From Bispira polyomma (Eukaryota), in contig OZ287749.1 in NCBI GenBank assembly GCA_965649765.1, positions 6,882,001 to 6,946,000 on the forward strand: DNA of 64,000 nt, given 5' to 3'. Of the stretch, positions 37,301-49,390 are shown in pieces; within the stretch, counting starts at the first letter, position 1, and each line of letters begins with the position of its first letter. Position numbers and translations under genes: made by a program. The notes under the pieces are model-generated. The model was not told the DNA's origin, searched no databases, and saw only the letters and a list, made by a program, of their open reading frames with translations.

Positions 37301-40300
37301 AAGATTAGGCTAATACTCAATCGCTTATCCATGCAAGAAAATCCATTAGGAGTGAATTAACAGTTCTAAGGTTCTATATAAATAGGAACCCTGTGGATAC
37401 CAAGAGGCTTTAAAAGAATGCTCGACACTTTTTTGACAGTGTCTCTCTTCTCAGCCACTTGAGGAATCAGGACAAGAAAGGATCTGAGCAGTCAACACCC
37501 TTAGAAGTATTGGAAGGCAAATCTGTCAATACTAAAGATATCTATAGATATAGATATAGATATATAGGTGTCTGCAGAGCATGCTGGGACATTATTGCCA
37601 TCTGCTCCTATCAGCTTAAATCAATTAGTTATAGTGGATTTGTAGCAGAGTTCTTTGGTTTGTTTTTTTTGGAATATCAGCCTTAAAAAAGGGTTTCCAA
37701 AATTTATGGTATAGTAAAGTCATTCAGAATAGAAACTATTATACTGCAAGTACTGTAAAGAAAAAGATATCCTCTTCCCCTTTAAACAAATAAAAATCAT
37801 GGAAAGATTTGGCAAGCTTGCAAGGCGCGGTACATACCAAATACCAGAGTCCAACTGCATTATTGAGATGTGCTCGCTGTGTGAGGAACAGGCCGAGTTA
37901 GAGATGAACATTCCGTGCCGTGTTTGCGGGGTAGTCTACCACCTGGGCTGCCTCCAGAGGTCCGGCCACTACAACGCCTTTGACATGAAGATCACAGGCA
38001 GGGCCAATACTATACTGGGCTGGAGCTGCAATAGCTGCGACAACATCACTGCACTTTTGAGCGCAGAGGAGTTAACGAAGATCAGCGACAAGTTCGAGCG
38101 GCTGGATATTAACAAGGATGAAGTGCTTAGCTGTGAGGAGTATTTGATCTTCAGGTGAGTGTGGCCTACATATACTTTTCTCCTATCCATGAACAAACTA
38201 TTTTTCTGTATATAGAAGGTTTTCTTTATTCGAATTGAGTTGCATTTTTCATGTTGTTGACGCCAATATCTCCTATAATTTTACTATAGTCACCAGTTGC
38301 TCAGTTGGTACAAGTTTCATGGTATGATTGAGTATATCTAAATAACCTAGCATATGGATGGTAATAAGATCATTTTAGAGTGATGACTCATACCTTCAAA
38401 ATGATGCATAAACTACATCTTGAGGACTACATACCAAGGAAAGTTTACATTTTGTTTAACCCTTTTGCCACCTAGGTTGTCACCTAGCAGTCGACAGCAT
38501 TTGTTATTCCAACATAGTATGTCTGTCAGAAAGCAGTTGACACAGCAAAAATCTTTGTATTTCTTTCTCAGTCAGTTCTTCACAATATAAGGCTTTTGGT
38601 AGAGAATTAAATTGTTCCAAAAAATTGGATTGGCAGAGTCTAAAAACATTCTAAGGATGCTTGCGACTATGATTTCCAATACAAAATTTAGCCATCATCT
38701 GTGTGCGTGTGTGTGTGTGAGGGGGCAGGCTTTAGCATCTGTGATGCTACTTAAAAAACTTGAATGTGTCAAATGACTTATTACTTCAGTTTCAACTTTT
38801 AAGTATTTGTTTGGACGTTTTTCATGGTTAACACAAAAATAAATAATAATGTACCAATAATGTATATGCATGTATGTGTATTCAAACATATGCAAAAAAA
38901 AACTAATCGTATTCATTCAACTCTATACAGGGAGAAGTTGTCTGAGAAGACCTTCAGTGATGTAGACATAGCCAGAGAGAAACTACAGTTCAAAATGCTA
39001 GATATCGATGGTGACGGTGTCATAGACTTTACCGAATTCATGAAAAATGAAGCTGTCCATGCACTGGCCAAACACGACAAAAATGACTTGGTTCAACTAC
39101 TGTATCCCTTGGAGATCAAGTCGGCGGAGAAGATGTTCCATCTTTTGGATGATAACGGGGACGGCACTATTGACATCTTGGAAGCGAGGAACAAAGGTTT
39201 CTACCAGCAGTGGTATGATACCGTGAAGAAGGTCTACGAGTGTAAGCACGCATCACAGTCGGACAAGAGCTCAATGAGTGTTGGCCTCCATGCTGTCTCC
39301 AACACAGCCATCTTAATAGAGTCGGATGAGAACGGAGACGGTGTTGTCGATTGGGAGGAGTTTGTACGTGGACAGTCTCTCTTCATCATTGCAGCCAGGC
39401 CAAACAAAGCTGACTTTGACTTCAAGATATAGGATCCACTATGTTTGTCATATTTTGGATTTTGCAAATTATATATACAATAATAAGCATTAGCTTGTCA
39501 TGTGTACCATTGCTTAGCGGCTCTAAATTACTATTGTATCAATTACTAGTGCATTACTAACTGTAGAGCAGGACTGTTTAACCTATAACAAGTTGTATAT
39601 TATTTTACTAAATTACAATTACAAAAACCATGACTAATAAATAACATCAGAGCATGTAAAAGGTATTTATTATTTTTATCAATAGTCAGTTGGCTAGATT
39701 ATGTAAAATACAGCCTTATCACTGTATTGTTGAAACTTGAAAATGTGTCTCTTATCGATCAGTGATAAGCTTTAGAATTTGTTAGACCAATACTTGTTTT
39801 TGCCCTACATCAAAGGAATTGTCATTCATTATATTCGGCAGGCAAACATCTTCTTTGTCTCTACTAGATCCCAGTATATTTTTGGTACAACTGTTTATTT
39901 GGGGTGACATTTGAGTAGCACCATACTCACTCTGTATTGTGTAAGGTCACAGTCTGATCTCAGTTTGACCTTAGTTATGACCTTGTCCCCAATATGTTGT
40001 TTGTATTAGATCGCAATGAGTACTTCATAGTTGTCACAGAAGTATTTAAAAGTGATGCAAACATTCACTGGGAGAATAGATTTTATAGTGTAATATCTAT
40101 GTATATACATTAAACACTGAGGTTTCTAGGATTTCCCCTTTAGCTGAACTGTTAGTGTACTGGACTATTGAGGTCAATACCCGTGACAGCCCAGGTTCGA
40201 AACCCAGCAGAGTATATATTTCCTACTTCTCTGGACTGTATTTCTGTACTTGTTTTTCACAAACAACAACAAATGTTCGTTAGGGAACCTACTATTCTAC

Positions 40301-43300
40301 TATTCTCTCGTTTTAAACTTGACCTCGACCTCAAAGCTCTTTTTCGGACTGTATCTTAGCAAATACAAGTTATATTGGGTATTAATAATTACTATGAGGT
40401 GCAGATGTGCAATCAAATGCCATGGTCTGATTGTCGTGTCATAACTAATTCTCAGGAAATCTGTGTATCGTAAACATGTATTCATGAAGAGCTGTAGATT
40501 TGCTGCAACATGCTCATCATGTCATTTTGACCTGGGAGGTTGTGACCTTGACTGACAAAACTGTATTCCAGCCTGTATGAGGTATCCGATCTATATCAGG
40601 TTTAAATTGACATTGGATTCAAATATACAGAATCACAGTACAGCATATTTCCTTTCACTTATTCATTGTTTGACAATTATACCATGTAGCTCTCTATTTT
40701 TAGTAGTATCATACTTCCAGTATCTCCTTCAATAGCACTGGAAAGTTTTCCATGTACTATTTATCTACAAAGGTTCAAGTCTTTTTGATATTGACAGGCT
40801 TGCTGACTTTCTGGACCTTTGAATTTATGTGGGATTTACGTCACTTTCAACATCTTTGGTCATATATGGTGAATGCTAGATTTATTTAGGCCAAATACTA
40901 TTTCTACTGGAAAGCACTCGCCTATGGCAAGTACCTAGCAAACTTTCCCACATGAAAGAGGCTGTGGGACTATAAAATCTATTGTCCTCAGAGATGAGAG
41001 GCATGTGATAATAAAGCAGACGCTGATGACCACTATTTCTAGACCTATGTGTCATTCACAGACTATCCCTTATGTCGTTCTATGCCATCCAGTATTTTCT
41101 CTATCCATAGGGTGCTATCACTGGGGGCGTGTTAGGATTTATTATACCAATGTGGATAAGCATTGGTGCCTATGTCACAAAGCCAGATGTACTGGAGAAC
41201 TTAAACCGTAGCATAGAGGGTTGTTCCAGCCTCAATGATTCTTGGGATGGACTAACTACAGCTATATACAGTGACGCTCCATCAACCGATCCACCAGAGA
41301 CGTAAGTAAATCCTCAGATAACAAGAGGACTCCTAGCACAAACAACTGAAAGGTTTTGTGCTTTAGTTACATACCTAAAATTCTCAGCCACCTGATAGAA
41401 CTTGGAAAAGCAGATGAAAAACTTACTTGGCCAAAAACACCCATTTCCTTGTCGTTTCTATATAAATATGGATAAGGTCAATTAATGTACTCGGGTCACA
41501 GTAAGTATTCAGTACTTGTATATAGCTTTAACCAAATCTGGAACAAACCTTTTCTTTCCTTGGTCCATGACCCAACTCTCCAAAAAGTTCAATCAAAATT
41601 GGTTCAGTAGGATTTGTGTGAAACCCTGCAAACAAAACAAACCCACAGATACTCATACATGCAAGGTTAAAAACACAGAACATATAGTGGAGGTCAATTT
41701 GTTATTTGCAGTACAGCCACCATGTTACCTAATGATAAAATCATTCAAGTTTTACTAAAAATGATAAAGTATAAGATAAACGTTTGTCCATGGAATTATG
41801 CTTTCTCTGACTTCCTGGATAATTCAGTTAAACAAGTGTAGCTGTAGATGATTATTTTGCTCATTGGCTGCAACTGAACATCATGACCATGATGAATGTA
41901 GATAATCTAATATTCATTTAAATATATCAGATAATCTTGAATTAGCCAATCATAGTTTAACACAACAAAAAATGTTACCTATTTTTGTTAATTGACTGTT
42001 TTTCGTTTCAGATCTGGTTTGGCTGAGCTCTACACCTTATCTTACCTTTGGTACACTCCTGTGGGTATTTTGGTCACTGTGTCTGTTGGTTTTGTAGTCA
42101 GCCTTATAACTGGTAATGTACAGTATATTAGAATTGGAAAATATTGTCAATATCTGTATCTGTTTTATTGATCAATACATATTAGATAATTAGTTATGTT
42201 GCTGATACTAAAGAAACACAAAAGTAACTATGATAATGCTGCAATATTGTGAAGTCTAAGTTTGACGCTCTTTCACTTATGTGAGAAAGTATTTTAATTC
42301 ACTATCTCTTTTATTACTGTTTTACCAGATGCACATTTTAATACCTAATTATGTATATTGCAAAGCGACCATAACCTAGTATCAAATTTGTTTGAAAAAA
42401 ATGGTTTGACCATAAGACATTTATTTTATTAATTAGAAATGTGTTCTTGGTTCAATTTTTTGTATCAAAGTATTGCAAATCAAAAAGTCTTTATAAATTA
42501 CCTGGCTTTTTTGTATGTTCTAGGTCCAATGGATCCAGAAACTATAGACCCAAAGTTGCTGCTTCCTTATGTTGATAAATTCTGGTGCTTTTGTCCTGAA
42601 AGTTGTAAGAAACCAATAAGATGCGGGGTACAATATCACAAATCTGAAGTAAGAAAAAAAAAATTATGTGTAGTTGATGTGTCTTTTAAATTGATTGTTT
42701 TGATTGTTTGTATTATTCCGTTTGTAGGTAGCTGTAAAAATAATATACAGAGTCACAATGAAACATAACACATTTATAATATTGCAACATTTTAAATGTT
42801 TACAGCTTTTTGTCTCTATCACTATATGATTAATTGATATTCGTAGCTGTTATATGCTGTCTAACTGAAGTGGGTTGACACTGATTCAAATGTTTTATTG
42901 GTCCCGTCCCAAATTTATTTGATGGATTGACATTATCATTTTAAGGCTATTTGGACTGCAATCTTAAAATTAATATCATTGTATGTATATGTTTTGTTTG
43001 TATAATATGCAAGCAATTATAACCAAAATGTTTTTGGTAATCTTGATTGAAAATGTATGTAACCACATATTTTAAAATATGGGAGTCTCACAAAATGCTA
43101 GTGTATATGTATGTACCAGGACATCATATAGAAATACCCCAAAGCATATCTATGGTTTTAGGATGGAGGCTAAGAGTTGTCGCCTTAATACTGGTATATA
43201 TGAAGAAGTCATTGTCTAAACTCTTTGCCTTTTCAGAAAAGTAGTAAAGAATTACATGTATTATCATTGCAGGATCCAGATTTCTATAATGAATCAGAAA

Positions 43301-43401
43301 ATGGAACAAAACATCCTTCCAACCATGAGGAGGTTGCTGATTCTCAAGACATTGTATTACAGAAAGATACTAGGACTATGTTGTTGAACACAAAACTATG
43401 A
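19368..43401 (+). CDS. SLC5A8-like: Sodium-coupled solute symporter (SSF/SLC5, monocarboxylate/multivitamin-transporter subfamily), 17 coding exons, 625 aa
   Basis: GT-AG exons with consistent phases: 19368-19496, 21112-21333, 22885-22953, 23641-23692, 24066-24133, 24924-25004, 25708-25781, 26380-26520, 29267-29396, 30187-30275, 31433-31551, 32348-32418, 33165-33251, 41111-41301, 42012-42112, 42524-42648, 43273-43401 (sum 1878 nt). Motifs [61 protein letters not shown]; C-terminal NTKL. An acceptor at 19310/19311 implies an upstream non-coding exon. Confidence 0.93.
20768..20994 (+). mobile_element. tRNA-derived SINE with 13-bp TSD
   Basis: GTGGTGTAGTGGTT A-box head; CTGGTTTCTCCCACCA...GATATGACC...CGTTAAACCCCAA tail; TSD TACCATATATTCA at 20755-20767 and 20995-21007. 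Related partial copies at ~28530, ~29000(-), ~33600 and ~40820(-). Confidence 0.85.
26490..26875 (+). repeat. Degenerate ~47-bp minisatellite built from the exon 8 end and donor site
   Basis: CTGAAACAGGCTATCATGTAAGATT-like units; GTAAGA at 26521, 26568, 26662 and 26708. Confidence 0.8.
29558..29835. repeat. 49-bp minisatellite, ~5.6 copies
   Basis: Unit CCATTATTTGTTTAATATCCATGTCACTTAGTTAATGTCAAAGGTTGCT; directly preceded by an L2/CR1 3'-end remnant ([10 protein letters not shown]...FKNKLK). Confidence 0.95.
31640..31867 (+). mobile_element. L2-clade LINE 3' end
   Basis: [14 protein letters not shown] terminal ORF2 motif, GCGCTATAAAA, and an (ATTAG)n tail. Confidence 0.7.
32460..32621 (+). 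mobile_element. SINE (same superfamily, internally deleted) with 16-bp TSD
   Basis: TSD ATTCCTAGTAATTATG at 32444-32459 and 32622-32637; CTGGTTTCCTCCACCA...GATATGACC core. Confidence 0.82.
33912..36110 (+). mobile_element. PIF/Harbinger DNA transposon remnant in SLC5 intron 13 (right end not identified)
   Basis: Transposase pseudogene, a duplicated putative left terminus (33912 and 34134) and GATAAGTC subterminal repeats. Confidence 0.7.
34721..35981 (+). pseudogene. Harbinger (HARBI1-like DDE) transposase, frameshifted
   Basis: [64 protein letters not shown]; TATATAAA at 34628. Confidence 0.92.
37374..37386 (+). promoter_or_regulatory. Candidate TATA box of the nested PHF24-like gene
   Basis: CTATATAAATAGG about 420 nt upstream of the ATG; AATAAA at 39636-39641 downstream of the stop. 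Confidence 0.5.
37799..39432 (+). CDS. PHF24: PHD finger + EF-hand protein, PHF24/GINIP-like, 2 exons (37799-38154, 38931-39432), 285 aa, nested in SLC5 intron 13
   Basis: CSLC...PCRVC..YHLGCL...[10 protein letters not shown] matches the PHF24 PHD finger as I recall it; four EF-hand loops; C-terminal AARPN; phase-2 GT-AG intron (AG|GTGAGT, ATACAG|G). Confidence 0.88.
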
Positions 43402-43723
43402 ATTTTGTTCAGTAGTTAATTATACCATTTGAGAACAATATACAATCAGATTGTGTCATATCTAGATGGGAACAGGTTTGATTATTCTAAAGGAAATTAA
43501 TTGTTTGAGATGAAAAAGAAAAACTATTTCTTATGGACAATAGATATAAAGAATTTTGAATCATTAACGTTTATTAAATAGACATTCAAATGTTGTGTGT
43601 ACTCAAATTAAACAAAAAAGTGTCTAGAAATGGCAAAGTAGAAAATACAATATTTTCTAAAAGTGCCATCTGACAAAGTTTTATGTTATGTCAATTATGT
43701 ATATTACATATATTTTCAAAGTA

Positions 43724-44365
43724 CACGGGTGGTACGAATTCTGGACAGAATTTGATGTTTTACTTAAATTTATGTATGTGGCATAAGGTATAATGAAAAG
43801 TAAAATTTACTGAAATAGGTAAACATGAAACACTTGTCATACATAAATATTGTGAAAAAAACTTTTGACAGATTCTCTCAAATAAGGTTTTAAAATCGTT
43901 TGTAGGCCAAGTCAAGTGGTAAGAATTCTAGACAGTTTGGCAGCTATGAGGAAGTGCGAGGCTGAGTGCTACCAAGGGATTTAAGTGTGCAGAAATACCA
44001 TTTCTGTATTCTTCTTTATCTTATTTTCTGTTATTATTTATGTTATCCATAACTTTATTATTAATTCTGAAGTAGACAATATTTTAGCAGGTCACTGTTT
44101 GCCACCACAAGATATAAGTAGATGTACTTGAAACACCTATATGCAAATGCAATATATAGGACCAACTTGTATCTCTTTCTATACCTTTAAATTAGGATTT
44201 ATTATATATTTTGTCACTTTTTTTAGTAAGACGACATTCAGTAGTGTGAATAAATTACAAAATAATGTTAGTTTAACATGGTAGTTTCTGTGTATTTCCT
44301 GGAATTTCCATATAATTTTATTTATTGTCCAGAATTCGTACCAGCCAGAATTCTTACCACCCGTG
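43724..44365. mobile_element. Non-autonomous TIR element with TA TSD (Tc1/mariner-type)
   Basis: TA-CACGGGTGGTACGAATTCTGG ... CCAGAATTCTTACCACCCGTG-TA. Confidence 0.82.
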
Positions 44366-46608
44366 TAGTGCATATTTTAAAGCAGTAACACAATCAGGGA
44401 TACATTTACTGCATTTTAAAAATATCATCCTGATATCAAAATATGTAAATACTTTTGCATGAACATTATATGTATATTTTAATATTTTGTCCTCACTCAA
44501 TAGCTTTTTCACATGAACTTATCTTATATGTGATCTATTGACGTGCAGCAAGCAGTCGACACCCCAGAAATACCGTTTGGGTTGTTTTCAGCTCCTCGCA
44601 GTAGGAAACTGTTATTACAGCCATCTCTGTTTAAAAATTATATGTGAGGATGTTATTGTATACCAAGAGTAGTCTGTGGTGTGTGTTTTAGTGACGCCAG
44701 CTATTTATAACCTATTATACCAAAATTTCCTTCAGATCTCGACAATAGTTTTCTCTTAGGGTCGAATGGGTTAAGTTGATATCGATAGCCAGAGGTATAT
44801 TTTCTCTCATAATATGAAGTCTTGGACAGACACCAGGGCTATCTCAAGCAAAGCAACACACCAGAACAGTTCAGAATGGGCGAAAGTAATATTCTACATG
44901 AACTTAAACTACTTCTATCACAGTGGATCGTAAATAATACTTCTTAAATACTCAGTATAAATAAATGTTGCACAAATTACCAAATACTTTATCCAGGTTT
45001 TCATCCCTCAATCAACAAGGCTAAAACCTATTTTTACAAGAGTTTTTATCTCATTTTCCCAATAATGGAATTTGTTAGCATTGCTCACTGGCATTTTAAA
45101 GCTGATGATCTGTTTGAATCATCTTAACTTCACAGCAGTGCGTAGTATGACCCATAGACTCCCATATCTTGTTATCACTGCTTGTACAACAACTACTAAA
45201 AATCTATGCTACGCTACAGTATTCACTACTGCATGAAAATTTGTTCCTCCTTTTATTAGATTGGGTTAGTTTATAAATTTGAAGTAAAAAAGAAGACTGT
45301 CCTGTGGTAAACCAGATTAATTTCAACTGATAAAGTATTTTAACATTTAACCCACATGTAATCTTGTATGTAAAATCTAAACTGTACTATTCACACTGTG
45401 TATCTGAAATTTTGATTTTGAGGTATAAATATCAGGGCAATAATGAGGTAGGTCATTCAAAAATATGCAATACTGGTATTTAAGGGTAAGGCCAGTGTCA
45501 TTGGGGGTAGCATCATTTACATAGATGTCAATTCAATTCCATTCTGATGACAAACAATGATATTTTTGTTGAATTATCTCATCTTGTAAAACAAGCACAT
45601 TGTACATATAATATATGATGCCATCAATTTGGCACAACATAAATATGTGATGTACATATATAGTTTGACCCAAGATATTTTGATACAAGTGCGAATATCG
45701 GTTGGTTGCTTTACCCAAATAATGTTGCTTGCATGTTTCATTGACATACTAAATTAATTGAATACTTAAAATATTTTATAAGATTCAAGATGTCTCATCT
45801 TAAAATAAGTTGAAATAGTTTGAATATAATCGAATGGTCATGGGATAACAGTTTGCATAGGACCATCAATACTTTTTATATAAAACTAATAATTATAGTT
45901 ATTTGTCCATCTCTAAATGAATGTACATGTCTTCCGTGAAAACCAAGTGTAATTAATTAGTTCAATAATAAGATAAGCACTACAAAAACCTGGAAATATA
46001 GACTGTTAAATTCAACAGCTTATAATACCTTGAGTATAAGTACAGAGTTTAAAAAATAATGCCTGTTTGAGAAGCGTGGTCACGTCGAGTGACAGCAGTA
46101 GAAATAAGTTGATTGGACCAAAAATAAAAATTAAATTGTGCAAGATGTAGTCTGTGAAACTTTAAAGGTAAGGCCTAATGTAATTTGTCCAACCTGGTGA
46201 GATAACACATTTCAACAAATTTTCAACAGTTTTGAGTTTGTGTGTTAGCATTATTTGTCAGTACATGGGACTTACAGTAATCCAGACAATTACCATACAC
46301 TCAGTAATGTGTATACTACATACATTTTATATGAACAAACGTTGAATATTGTACAGTGATAACACAAATTTCTTTTTTTTTTTCAATATGTGTCATTGCA
46401 TGTTTTGCAAAACAGAAAAAGACACATATAGTTTCATAACATTATTTAACCCCCAAGCAAGCAAGAGGTTACATCTCGTACCTGACTTTAATGGGATTTT
46501 GGAACATGTGGCATTCAAATTCAAACACACACAGGGACAATCAGACACACACTGTCTCTGATTGTTTTTAAACCAAAAAAAAAATAATGATAATTAATTC
46601 ATGTACTT

Positions 46609-48184
46609 TAGTAACCTATTTTCATAGGCATAAGAGTAATCTACTTAAACACAAACTAGAAATTTGCTGCACGAAAATTCATAAGACTTTCGACTAGTAT
46701 TTTTTATGATCTATCTAATTTGTTTGTACAAATCAGAGCTAAAAATTAAAGAATCTCAATACTTTTGGGTTTTTGCAATTTAGCTCCAATAAATTGCATT
46801 TTTAAACAGCCTCAAACAGAGGGTCCTATTTTCATGGGCATTTATAATAAGAGCCGTAAAAATTATTTTAATAATTACCTTACCTCGGCTGATATTTTAA
46901 TGAAAACAAGTTCAGGAAAATTTTGAAGATAAAAGCCTCATCAAAAGTGAACTATATAACATGATTAACAATAGATATTTAGCATGCCCAATAATAAACT
47001 GGTTTTAGTCACATTTAAATTTGTTTTTTTTATTAATATACTGATACAGGAACCATTCTCAATTGTTAAAATGCAAACATTACTGTTTTATAATGACATT
47101 TCATGCACACACTCCACTTTGACACAGCTCACAAGCGGATCAGTATCAGAAACACTTATCCACGAAAATAGGACACCCACGAAAATAGGTCACTTGGCGA
47201 TAAATGTCCTTATTTGAAAGAAACTAGCGCGTTATTCACGTGACCACATACGTCACCAATATAAACAAGCGGGTGAACACCTGCCACCCTTTGTTAACAT
47301 TTTGCGAGTGTGCATGAGACATAAATTTCAATCAGGAAGTATGGTGCCGATAGCTGATTTGATCCGTTTAAAGTGGAAATAATTAACAACTGCGTGCACA
47401 AAATGCTGGAATTGCACAATTATAACGCAGTGATAAGGGCATAGAGATTTCGAGGTAGTTTAAGTCTTAAGTTTGGCAAAATTGCGTTTATTTTAGGATC
47501 GTGATGATCCGCCAGGAAACTGAATCAGCCGGGAGCACGCAATTCGGCCGTCTGGGGTGAAATTCAGGAAAGCTGTATCGTCAGGTGACCTATTTTCGTG
47601 GATGTCCTATTTTCGTGGATAAGTGTTTCTGATACTGATGAGTTAGTGAGCTGTGTCAAAGTGAAGTGTGTGTGTAAAATGTCCTCATAAAACAGGAATG
47701 TTTGCATTTTAACAATTGAAAATGGTTCTTGTATCAGTATATAACCAAAAGCAAAATTTAGTTATTACCTGGGACTAAAATCAGTTTATTTTGTGGAATG
47801 TTAAATGATCTATTATTAATCATATTAAACAGTTTACTTTTGATGGTGTTTTTATCTTCAAAATGTTAGATCTTCACTTGGTGTCATTTAAAATATCAGC
47901 CGTGCTAAGATTCTTGTTAAAGTAATATTTATGACTCTTATTATAAATACCTATGAAAATAGGACCCTCTGTTTGAGGCTGTTTAAAAATCTGATTTATT
48001 GCAGCTAAATTTTCAAAAGTCAAAAGTACTGAGATTCTTTCATTTTCTAGCTCTAATTATGTACAAATAAATAAGATAGACCAATATAAATACTAGTTCA
48101 AAGTCTTTTATAAATTTTTGTGCACCAAAGTTCCAGTTTGTGTCATGTTTCTAAGTAGCTTATGCCCATGAAAATAGGTCACTC
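46609..48184. mobile_element. Foldback element: ~590-bp inverted arms around a ~370-bp spacer
   Basis: Arms ~46611-47202 and ~47576-48182 are reverse complements (e.g. TTTTTAAACAGCCTCAAACAGAGGGTCCTATTTTCAT / ATGAAAATAGGACCCTCTGTTTGAGGCTGTTTAAAAA). No TSD found. Confidence 0.85.
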
Positions 48185-49390
48185 GATTATAATAATTTAC
48201 GGATAAATAATTTATTTGGTGCATTAGTATGGTGTTTGAGGATTTAATTTCCTTGGTTGTTTAATTTTTTGGACATTTCTACTGCTTGGCCAGTGAATTT
48301 CGCCACTTGACGATTTTAACACTATACTCAGTACACTGGTGGCGTTGGCTTCGGCCTACCATTGGGTACCGAAGCCACCGCCACCCATGTACTGCATAGC
48401 AGTCATTTCTTGATTTGTAATCCATAAAGCAATAGTTTATGCAACATTCAATATTTTACAAATTTATTTACTTTGTACAATATTTTACGTTCGTTCAATT
48501 CCAGTAAAACGGTTTCTAAACTGGTTTATTTTAGGTGGAGAAACTCGCTAGTGGGTGGCGAAATTTACTGGCTGACCAGTACAGAACTTCGTGGCAGACG
48601 CCTGATCTTTAGCTCTGGGAGGATTCGCAAAATTATTGACGTATATTGTTAAAAACGTTGATTAGCGAAATTCGCTGGCCGACCAGTGCAAATACCAGAC
48701 ATTGTGAACGATTTTTCCCCGACGATTCGAACATTTTTTGACCCATTTTTTAAAGGAGTGCAGTGCACAATTAAAGTATTTCAAGCCAAAATATATTGTC
48801 TTTAAAATATCATTTTTATTTTTTTTTAGACTATACTTTCTCAGACAATAATATTAATCACATCAACGACATTGCTTATGTCACAATGTCGTGGATGAAG
48901 AATTTATACTGTTGTCACGGCATTGTTATTTAAAAGCAAAGGAATATGCATTGGTTCCCTGATGCATAAGTATTTAATTATACGTCGGGTCCCCGATGCG
49001 CAAATATTAAATTATACATCGGGTACCTGATGCACCTGTTAAAATAATGTACTGTATGTGGTCATAATTCGGTCGCTTGTTATAAATCGGCCGCTGTACA
49101 ATAAAAGTGTTGTAAGTTTACTTGAATTAAATTTATTTGCCTAATAATACTGTACTTTATTTAATATCAGTATTGTAATGGTTTTACTTTAACCCTATGA
49201 TCCATTTCATACCTGGAGTCTTGATAAAATTTTACCATTTAAAATTTGATGGCCGATTTCCAACAGGCAGCCGAATAATAACAAGAGGCAGTACGGATAA
49301 ATATGCTTTTTCGTTTTCCTTTCATTATTATAACCACATGAACTAAAAATATACATTTATTTATTTAGATTTTTTTAACTGTCTGTACTT

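Noticed and set aside
33251-38931. Chimeric SLC5-EF-hand protein by alternative splicing
   Set aside because: Exon 13 ends in phase 0 and the EF-hand exon needs phase 2; no acceptor precedes the PHD exon ATG.
40135-40220. tRNA-like sequence (TAGCTGAAC...GGTTCGAAACCC)
   Set aside because: No convincing cloverleaf or acceptor stem; most likely a SINE head.
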